In this document: positions 42,039-51,014 of the stretch, piece by piece
How positions within the stretch are numbered: position 1 is the stretch's first letter
Layout: each line of letters opens with the position of its first letter
NCBI GenBank assembly: GCA_965644495.1
Contig: CBFFSA010000011.1
Location: 62,001-126,000, forward strand
Length of the DNA stretch: 64,000 nt
Reading direction: 5' to 3'
DNA from: Perkinsela sp. CCAP 1560/9
Lineage: Eukaryota; Protista; Euglenozoa: Kinetoplastea
Notes under the pieces: generated by a model
The model's database searches: none
The model's input: the letters and a program-made list of their open reading frames with translations, nothing else
What the model was told of the DNA's origin: nothing
Position numbers and translations under genes: made by a program

Positions 42039-42964
42039 CGCTCACGAAAAGTGACCCCCCTCTTTTTTTTCGTACAAATGTCCGTTTGAGCTGATTTTTG
42101 TTGCATTTTGCAGATCTCAACACAAGGACTTTGCGCGTGAAGAAATGAGACAAAAAGAAACGAATACGCACAATTTAGAGAAGAATTACCATTTTGTCAC
42201 TTTTTCGCCCTTCAATCTTATACACTCCTTAAGTCCAGAATCAAAACTTAATACTGTTTTGTCGATCACTTTTTGAGTTAAAGAAGACCATGCTTTACGT
42301 ACACATCGGATAAGTGAAGGTTTGTCCGATGGCGTTTGTTCGTCTACCGCCTCTTGGACCATAGACCAGACGTTTTCTATGGGGGAAAGGTCGGGCGAGT
42401 TGGGGGGCCAGTTTCTTAGAACATCACTCATTCGATTCTCAATATACTCTTTGGAGGCACGGGCAGTATGTGCCGTTGCTCTATCCTGTTGAAATACACT
42501 ATTAGGGGGAAATCTACCTGTTTTAATGTTTCTATGTACGTCTCACTTGTAATAGATGTGTCATTGTAGATGTCTCACTTGTAATAGATGGTCACAGGAC
42601 TCAAAGTGTATTCCCCACTAGATTTTTTTTCGCTCTGATATTTTTTGATTATCCTTCTAGAGACGTTAAAATCACGGGATAATTGTTTAATCGGAACACC
42701 TTCTGCCTGTCTCATCTTCAAAAGAACCTTACCACAATCCGTAAGCCCCCTTTTGGGAGCCGATATGGTGATTTGGTCATTTTTGGAAAAAAAAGTTGAA
42801 AAACCAATTATGTTTTTGTGACTAAATTTTAAAATTTTAAAATCAGCTAAAAACAGCGGGAACGTATAGATCTCGAAATTTTGAACGAAACAGTGGTATG
42901 ATAACCCACCCACGCCCCTCTGTGCTAAAAATAAGGGGGGGTCACTTATTCGTGAGCGGAGGTT
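42033..42964 (-). mobile_element. 932-bp internally deleted IS630/Tc1-type transposon with DD35E transposase remnant
   Basis: TIRs AACC(C/T)CCGCTCACGAA(T)AAGTGACCCCCC; HTH IKQLSRDFNVSRRII (~42590-42765); FQQDRATAH...WPPNSPDLSPIENVW (42186-42530). Confidence 0.92.
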
Positions 42965-42982
42965 TATATATATATATATATA

Positions 42983-43905
42983 AACCCCCCACAGCGAAAA
43001 GTCACCCCCCTCTAACTTTTCAGCCAAGTGTCCGTTTGAGCTCATTTTTGTTGCATTTTGCTGTTCCCAACACAAAGACTATGCGCGTTATAGCATGAAA
43101 CCAAGGCTCTCAAATGCGTGCATCCGATAGATGGATTATCACTTTCTTCACATTTTTCAAGAGGCCAATTTCTCACACTTTAACAAATTATATCTTCTCC
43201 TCCCATGAGAATTCTAATTATTTCTGTCCGTTTTTGCTGATTTTTGTTGCAAACGAGAGATCTCGTTCTCCTAGCAAAGATCTTTGCCGCTATTTTTTAA
43301 TATTGACCCACTTGTGCCCCCTGGCCACGGAGTGTTTGTTTTCCTAAATTATTGTGGTATGACGATGCAAAAAAATCAAGCCTAAAAACAATTTTCTTCT
43401 TCGGTTTCTAAAATGATCTAAAAATGGTGGGAACGTGTAGATCTCAGAATTTTGAACGAGAAAATGATATCTTAACCCCCTTAGGCCCCTTCAAGCAAAA
43501 AGTAAAGGGGACAGCTTAAAAAAGTTGATTTATCACCGTTTCAAGAAAGAACCAATCAAAGAGAAATATTCCACCACGTGACAAATTGAATGTTTGTTAT
43601 CTGTTTTTGATCATTTTTGTTGCAATCGAGAGAACTCGTTCCCCTAGCGAAGATCTGTGACACCATTTTCATGTTGACCCCCTTCCCCCCCTGGTCGAGG
43701 AACATGAGATTTTTTGGGTAATATTGGCATGACTATGTAAAAACGTCATTAAAAAAATGAGTTTTAATTTGTTATCTGTGAAGAGGTCTAAAAACAGCGG
43801 GAACGTGCAGATCTCAAAATTTTGAACGAAAAAGTGGTGCCGCAACCCCCCTAAGCCTCGTTGTACAAAAAAAAGAGGGGGGTGACTTATTCGCTGCGAG
43901 GGGTT
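42983..43905. mobile_element. 923-bp non-autonomous IS630/Tc1-type element, copy B
   Basis: Near-identical to 33533-34455; TA-repeat flanks. Confidence 0.92.
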
Positions 43906-44105
43906 TATATATATATTAAGACAGCACTGATGCAGCAAGTTATTGATAAGAAGTTCAAGAAATACGTCGTAGAAAAAGGACATAGGTACCACACCCGGGT
44001 ACACACACCAATAGCATCGGAAAAACTATTGGGTCTGACTGCATGCAATACCCATGGGTTGCAGACTCAGCATTGCCATTGGGTATTTAAACAAAAAGGG
44101 GGTAT

Positions 44106-44371
44106 TTAAACAAAAAGGGGCCGCGGTGTTGTGACTTGATCGGATTCTTGTGCTGGATTTGGCGGCGATGGTGCGTGTTCTGGCCGCGGTGTTGTGATCT
44201 GAACGGATTCTTGCGGGGGATTTTGCGGCGGTGATGCGTGTTCTGGCTGCAATGCTGTGACTTGATCGGATTCTTGTGCGGGATTTTGCGGCGGTGCGTG
44301 TTCTGGCCGCGGTGTTGTGACTTGATCGGAACTCCGAGCGCAGCAGCCACGCTTCGCGTGAGCATCGGCAT
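44106..44371 (-). repeat. 60-63-bp tandem repeat (about 3.5 units) within an ORF starting MPMLTRS
   Basis: GGCGGTGCGTGTTCTGGCCGCGGTGTTGTGACTTGATCGGATTCTTG repeated. Confidence 0.85.
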
Positions 44372-44466
44372 GGAAAATGTCTAAGAAAAACCTAAGGCAA
44401 ATGCGCGCTTCGCAGCTGGATCTAGAGGACGACGCAGTGGTCGAATTCATATACCAATTACGCGAT

Positions 44467-44505
44467 ATAATTTAACGATAAAGATACAGTTTCTGTACCT
44501 TGTTG
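44467..44505 (+). other. Spliced-leader (mini-exon) relic
   Basis: TAACGATAAAGATACAGTTTCTGTACCTTGTTG closely matches the kinetoplastid SL pattern ..AACG...GATACAGTTTCTGTACT.TATTG; 31 nt upstream of ATG 44537. Confidence 0.85.
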
Positions 44506-44536
44506 GTCTTTTTTTTTTCTTATTCTCTCACCCTTC

Positions 44537-45124
44537 ATGGGCATGTTCACCCGGAGCCGGGCGAAAGACACGGGAGTAGCTCCCGTCGTGCAGCCGCTGC
44601 CACCGTCCCGCCGGAAAAAGAAACCACCCGAGGAGCGACTACCAGAGGCACCGCCGCCGCCATCGCCGCCGCCGCCTCCCGCACTTTCGCAGCCCTCGCA
44701 CCCTCCACGGCCATCTCCTCCTCCCCTTCCGCCGCCCCTTCCGCCGCCCCTTCCGCCGCCGCCGCCACCGCCGCCACCGCCGCCATCGCCTCCCGCACAC
44801 TCGCGGCCCTCGCACCCTCCACGGCCATCTCCTCCTCCCCTTCCTACTCCTCTTCCGCCGCCTCTTCCGCCGCACCTTCCGCCGCCGTCACCTTCGAATC
44901 CTCCGCCTCCTCCACCGCCCCCGCAACTCTCCAACAGCATAAAAATTAAAGGATCCAACCTTTCTCTCTTCAAACTTCTTCAAACGCCGCGGCAAGCTCG
45001 CCCTGGTCAGCAAAGATGCCGACTCAAACTCGAAGCAAAACATCCCAACAACCCGTCTCCCAGAAGATTCGCTGTCTTCAGAGGTCTGCAGCAAAACTTC
45101 GATCGCGACCGAGAAAGTCAATGA
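44537..45124 (+). CDS. Proline-rich low-complexity ORF, probably a retroelement ORF1 5' fragment
   Basis: ATG directly after the SL relic; MGMFTRS start; internal duplication of SxPSHPPRPSPPPLP. Confidence 0.45.
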   Translation: MGMFTRSRAKDTGVAPVVQPLPPSRRKKKPPEERLPEAPPPPSPPPPPALSQPSHPPRPSPPPLPPPLPPPLPPPPPPPPPPPSPPAHSRPSHPPRPSPPPLPTPLPPPLPPHLPPPSPSNPPPPPPPPQLSNSIKIKGSNLSLFKLLQTPRQARPGQQRCRLKLEAKHPNNPSPRRFAVFRGLQQNFDRDRESQ

Positions 45125-45689
45125 CGTTGAAGCCCCAACGTTGGAAACCCCAACACCACCATCAGCCATTGACGCAGAGGGGCATGCTCTCGATGTTGGC
45201 GAAGACGAAATCTTTCACGATTGCGAAGCTCCTTGTGATATAAATGTCGATCTGAGTGGACAGCCCTCAAACACATTCTTTGCGGAAGACGTTTTGCAAG
45301 GTTTCGAGAGAGGGATAGATCCCAGAATTAACTTCCCAATCCCCTCCGAGGAAATTATAGAACTGATACGTCATGCTAAGGTGGGGGAAGAATTCATCGC
45401 CGCATGGACCTTCGACCAACAGCCAACCCTCAATGTATCCAAAGGAGTAGTGACGAAAACCTCCACCCGGCAAGGACGCACCAAACTGTCAGTTACCTAC
45501 GAAGGATTTCTTGGATACGCAACTGGAAATAAATTTGATGGCTTTTTACCCCCGCATCCGAACGTTCGCATTTTCCGCCTCTCGTGGTTGAACCGGGGAC
45601 CTGGAGACACGCCTCGTGTAGAGCATAACCAAGTATCACCTCCTTCTCAGACCTTTGTATCTACACAAGATATTCTACAATTCTCATGA
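45016..45689 (+). pseudogene. Frameshifted ORF (MPTQTRS... joined to 45141-45689), probably a retroelement N-terminal region
   Basis: Protein-like beta-rich segment VGEEFIAAW...KGVV...VTYEG...LPPHPNVRI; ends abruptly. Confidence 0.45.
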
Positions 45690-45899
45690 CGTATGACGAT
45701 ACTTCACATGATCATCTTTGCTTCGTATACTGGTTCATGTTTCCGCAAGTCACGTAGCGAAGACAACTTACAAGAAGCTAAACCCACGAACTCATCACAT
45801 ATTGCTTCCCGTAATCACATGCGCTGTAATACATGAGCTGTACTTTTGTCTCCAATGCCTTCTTCAATACCTTAACTACACTTAACCCTACTACGTTGA

Positions 45900-46806
45900 A
45901 GTCTACTCGGGCAAACCGCCCCACTAATCCACTTGGGGAACGCACCTCACTAATCTTGGGGAACTAGTCTACTCGGGGAACGCGCCCATGTTAGCTCCCC
46001 GGGGGACGCGCCCCATGAATTTCCTCGGGTGAACGTGCCCGAGGGGAACGCGCCCTTGTTATATCATCGGGTAACACGTCTCTGCTATCTCCTCGGGGAA
46101 CGCGCCCTTGTTATCTCCTCGGGCAACACGCCTCTGTTATCTCCTCGGGGAACGCGCCCCACTAATCCACTTGGGGAACGCACCCCACTAATCTTGGGGA
46201 ACTAGTCTACTCGGGGAACGCGCCCCTGTTATCTCCCCGGGGGACGCGCCCCATGAATCTCCTCGGGTGACACGCCTCTGTTATCTCCTCGGGGAACGCG
46301 CCCCACTATTCTCCTCGGGTGGCACGCCTCTGTTATCTCCTCGGGGAACGCGCCCCACTAATCCACTTGGGGAACACGCCCCACTAATCCACTTGGGGAA
46401 CGCGCCCAACTAATCATGGGGAACTAATCCACTTGGGGAACGCACCCCACTAATCTTGGGGAACTAGTCTACTCGGGGAACGCGCCCCTGTTATCTCCCC
46501 GGGGGACGCGCCCCACTATTCTCCTCGGGTGACACGCCTCTGTTATCTCCTCGGGGAACGCGCCCTACTATTCTCCTCGGGTGACACGCTTCTGTTATCT
46601 CCTCGGGGAACGCGCCCCACTAATCCACTTGGGGAACACGCCCCACTAATCCACTTGGGGAACGCGCCCAACTAATCATGGGGAACTAATCCACTTGGGG
46701 AACGCGCCCCTGTTATCTCCTCGGGGGACGCGCCCCATGAATTTCCTCGGGGAACGCGCCCTATTAATCTCCTTGGGGAATGCGCCCCTGTTATCTCCTT
46801 GGGGAG
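45900..46806. repeat. 26-bp GC-rich minisatellite, about 35 units, several variant types
   Basis: Units TGTTATCTCCTCGGGGAACGCGCCCC, ACTAATCCACTTGGGGAACGCGCCCC, ACTATTCTCCTCGGGTGACACGCCTC. Confidence 0.95.
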
Positions 46807-47176
46807 TAGCGGCATTTAATTTGTAAATAATTATAAAAGTGGGAAGGGGTCGTCGAATTCTCGGTAAAGACCGTTATGCGAAATACTATTTAAAATGTAA
46901 TGAGAAGCGTTTTTTTTGCATACGCAAGATGTGCTAAAGGAAAAGGAAACGGTTCACTATACATTCCTCCCTCCTCCTCTGGGTCTTTAAAAAGTGATGC
47001 CTTTCCCTTCGCATTATAGCAAAAGAGCATACAAATGAACCCAGTACCTGGCTTGGGACAGGTTATGCGGAGTTAAGGATGTCATGGTAGCGCAGTGCGT
47101 GAAGTATACAATTTGTAGTAGTAGGTACACATTCGTCCTTTAAATCAAATAGAAATTCTGCATATTTTAATGCCTC

Positions 47177-47950
47177 ATGACAGATTTTGCAAGGAGCCAT
47201 ATTCCAGCACGAGTGCACCATTCCTTGCTGCCTCCTTCCCACCAGCTTTACTTTTTTGTAGCGAACTTGACTAGCCCGCACTTCAGCTGGAAACTGGAAA
47301 ATAATCTTGAAGACTGGGATGGGATACATCGTCGTTCAGACGAAAAATATTCTCTTCAGTGGGTCTACATGCGCCTAGGAGGGACGTTGCAATGGGAGTA
47401 TTTGCCGTCTAGCGTCTGTGCAATGCACCTTACTGGTAATTTACTGGAAGGTGACGTTCCTATGGAACAGTTTACTCGTCGTACTTCACTTATCGTGATG
47501 GAATTGGGGAACAACAAATTCTTCGGAAATTTTGATCTAAGCAAAGTCTCTCCCATGGTGGAAGTCATTAATGTTCGAGATAACTCTTTTGGCGGAAGAT
47601 TGGTTCTGGTAGATCTTCCTCATTCACTCCGGACACTCAATTTAGCATCAAATTGTTTTTGTGGAACAATTCGGTTGGATACACTGCCCCCACTGTTAGG
47701 TCTGTTTCACGTCTCAAACAACCTACTGGAGGGCCCAATTGATGTGACGCTTCTTCCCAACAATTTGTTTTCGGTGAAGTTAAACGCAAACTTGTTTTCT
47801 GGAGAGCTCCACGGTGTACAGGCCCTACCACGGATGCTGCGAGAGTTCGACGTATCACAGAACGTTGGCTTAAGGGGGCTGGTTGAACGTAAAGTGTTAT
47901 CTCCTACTCTTTTGTTTTCCTCTGGGAAAACTCAGATATTAGTACAGTAG
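47177..47950 (+). CDS. Leucine-rich repeat protein
   Basis: WDGI cap, LGGTLQWEYLP, LP..L..L.L..N.F.G repeats. Confidence 0.88.
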   Translation: MTDFARSHIPARVHHSLLPPSHQLYFFVANLTSPHFSWKLENNLEDWDGIHRRSDEKYSLQWVYMRLGGTLQWEYLPSSVCAMHLTGNLLEGDVPMEQFTRRTSLIVMELGNNKFFGNFDLSKVSPMVEVINVRDNSFGGRLVLVDLPHSLRTLNLASNCFCGTIRLDTLPPLLGLFHVSNNLLEGPIDVTLLPNNLFSVKLNANLFSGELHGVQALPRMLREFDVSQNVGLRGLVERKVLSPTLLFSSGKTQILVQ

Positions 47951-48198
47951 TACTGCTTCATTTTCTTCGGCACGCCTCCGACCTGTTGCCAGATACGATA
48001 GGATTCCTCTGACACACATTGTTAGTTTTTATCATGCATAATACGGTGTTATGGGAATTTATGTATTATGGATGCAGGTATTATTGATACATGCATGTTA
48101 GCATTATATTTATTTCCTCTTGCCATGTAAGTTTACTTCTTTTTCAATGATATTACTAAATTAGTAATATCCAAGTATTATAAGTAGTCTAATACTTT

Positions 48199-48873
48199 AT
48201 GAGTGCCATACAGTCAGCACAACAGCATGCTGAGCATGATTCACGACTCACTGAAGAATCAGATGAGAATTTATTTATTGAATCGATTTTTCCGTCGGCT
48301 TCAGAGCATGAAAATATACGGAAAGTTTCTCGCGCCGGGAAGCCACACACAATAAACTTACCGCAGGAATACGAAATGGAACGTTTTCTTCGAAATATTA
48401 GCACCCTTGATTCCACGTGGACTCCGGCAACTCCAATTTGTGAGTGGAAAGCTGTCACGTGCAACAAGTCTGGTCACCTCATGAAATTGTTTTGGAGAAA
48501 TAGAGGTTTGCATGGCACACCTAATTGGGCAGCTCTTCCAGTAGTTCTGATACACATTGATCTTTGCTCGAATATGCTGGTCGGTGAGATTCCTTTTCAT
48601 GCTCTGCCGCCGCAATTGGAAAATTTATCGGTAAGCAGGAATTCGTTTTCTGGGACACCGAATTTTCTGTCTCTCCCACCGACGTTGCTCTCGTTGTGGA
48701 TGACTTATAATCGCTTTTCCGGCCAGGTAGACTTACATTCTCTCCCGAACAAACTTCAATGTATAGTACTCACTGGAAATGAAGACCTACATGGGGTAGT
48801 TGACTCGACTCTGCTTCCTAAAAGCTTGAGTTATCGACAGTGGTCTAAAACAGGGATTGTGTACACGAAATAA
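48199..48873 (+). CDS. Leucine-rich repeat protein
   Basis: CEWKAVTC cap, LHGTPNWAALP, LRRs; paralogue of 17131. Confidence 0.88.
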   Translation: MSAIQSAQQHAEHDSRLTEESDENLFIESIFPSASEHENIRKVSRAGKPHTINLPQEYEMERFLRNISTLDSTWTPATPICEWKAVTCNKSGHLMKLFWRNRGLHGTPNWAALPVVLIHIDLCSNMLVGEIPFHALPPQLENLSVSRNSFSGTPNFLSLPPTLLSLWMTYNRFSGQVDLHSLPNKLQCIVLTGNEDLHGVVDSTLLPKSLSYRQWSKTGIVYTK

Positions 48874-49120
48874 GTTGAATCTTTGTAAAATATTTTACTT
48901 TAGTTCTTTGGAGAAGTCTCTCATTCAATAAATAAATTTGTTAAACGCGATGGTTGTTTTCAACTTAGAAGTCACTCGAAAAGACTTTTTTCAAAAAGAT
49001 TTCATGCGGTATGCCTCCCATGGACCCACCAAGGGCCCGATAGTTTTTGTGATCTTTTGGACCACCGGAGTCCCTTTTATAAATTTTAACATTATTGAGG
49101 GAGATACTACTCCCTAGCTA

Positions 49121-49708
49121 CAGCGTTCGAAAAAATTTGTGAATTTTTTATTGTGCAACTTTTGAAATTGTTGCACAATAAAAAATTCACGAATTTTTGT
49201 TGCACAAATATTTGTGGGGATATTTTTTGCTGAGGGAAATGTAGGCGGTATGTATAAATCCATTCCGAATCATTCCGGATTGCTCCGGACGGTCACTGGT
49301 AAGCCAGACCATTCACAGACAGATTTGGAATAGTAATGGTATGAAGGTAATTCGGTATGAATTGTAGTGTAATGTGTGTTGTATATTCGGACTTGTGGTA
49401 AGTATTAATAAATATTGCGTTTGAAAAGAAAGTTAAACACAAACAAAAAAGGACTTAGGCGCAACGATTTTGAACTGCTAACGAGAAACAGGGTGAACTG
49501 CTAAAAACAAGGAGGGGTATGCTATCGGCGCTGGGTCACAATACCATACCCCCTCCGGTACGGTACGAGCTCATAGGTATTTTAAACCGGACCCTCGTTT
49601 AGGTTAAAAAGCAGTTTTAATTTTAGAATTTGAACTAAAAAATTAAAATAGAATTTCAATTTTTAAAAATGTTGCACAATAAAAAATTCACAAATTTTTG
49701 ATTTCCTG
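49121..49708. mobile_element. Non-autonomous TIR element with CAG...CTG ends
   Basis: 29-bp inverted repeat AAAAATTTGTGAATTTTTTATTGTGCAAC near both ends, plus an internal inverted copy near 49170. Confidence 0.65.
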
Positions 49709-49726
49709 TTTTTTGTTACACAAATA

Positions 49727-50584
49727 CAGGGGGGCATTAATCTGTGTAACATTAATCTATGATAATTCGTAAAATTAACACAGATTAATGTTACACAGAT
49801 AAATGTCCCCTCGGTATGCCGGAGCTATGATCTTTTTTCAAAAAATTGTCCATTTTTATAAACAAAAATCAAGAAAAAAAAAAATTTGGGAAAAAGACGT
49901 AAAAATGTACTAAAAAACGGAGAATTTCGCCTGCGGCGCATTTTTGTTTTTTTAACTCATATTTCTGTCCCGCCAAATATTTTCGAGTTAACACAGATTA
50001 ATATCACACAGATTAATGTTCTACAGATTATTACTCCCCCTTTCATAATTCTTTATAAATAAACTTTATAAACTATAAGTGTTTCGGCGATTTATATTTA
50101 CATTATATAAAGCTTTATACAGCTTTATACTTACATTGTAAGTGTTTGGTACCGAGATGGATTTACTTATAAAAATATTTATATAAATTATGATCATTAG
50201 TTCTACTAGTTCTTATGCGCTTTCATGTGGTGTTTGTATGAATAGGTGACCGAATTTGATATGTAAAGTCACACACATTTGACCACATTGATGAAATTGA
50301 TAAAAAAAGAGGACCGAAACAAAGAACCAAAAAAAAAGTTTCTAGAACTATTAGACTGCTTAATGTCTAAAACAGAAATTTCAAAATATGCATTTGATAC
50401 GCGAATCAGAATGAGAAATACGCGGCGCGCAGCGCCGCGAGCTCCGTTTTTTACCCTGCTCTTTTGGCATTTTTCAGGCGTTTCAAAGTTTTATATAAAT
50501 TTATATTAAACCATGACTCATTTTGGGCTCGAACTTATAAAGAATTATGAAAGGGGAGTAGTACACAGACAAATGTCCCCCCTG
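49727..50584. mobile_element. MITE with CAGGGGGG termini and TA flanks (host of a nested insertion)
   Basis: TA-CAGGGGGGCATTAATCTGTGT ... ACACAGACAAATGTCCCCCCTG-TA; subterminal ACACAGATTAAT repeats. Confidence 0.8.
50034..50558. mobile_element. Nested 525-bp MITE with CTCCCC termini
   Basis: TIR CTCCCC(C)TTTCATAATTCTTTATAA at both ends, TA duplication. Confidence 0.88.
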
Positions 50585-51014
50585 TAATTGCGTTTAGTGT
50601 ACCATATAAATTTGTGCTTACAATAGTGGCACAGTGGATGACAGAGACACCAATAACGGGTGTGGAAGTTTCCCACTAGAAAAACAGTATCTCCCTATAG
50701 CATGAAGGCAGGCGCATGCAAAGGTGGAGATGCCTTTTTCCTGTGGTAAACTGCCGCACCTGTACTATTGGTATCCCCCTCGTCCACTTTAGCCTGGGTT
50801 ATGTTACTGAATTCCTCTTTATATTTTCACTGTTTTTGTTCACGAATCGAGGGTAGAGCGGTAGTTATAAACAACCACTTCAATTCAATATAAATATTTA
50901 TTTACAACCACCGCAATTCACCGTTACGCCACAATGTACATAAGACTTTGAGATTTTCTCAAATTAGTAGATTGACTCTTCGTACTGCTTTTTGCCATTG
51001 AATTACTACGTTGT

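Noticed and set aside
45900-46806. CRISPR-like array
   Set aside because: No unique spacers; contiguous 26-bp variants; no cas genes; eukaryotic context
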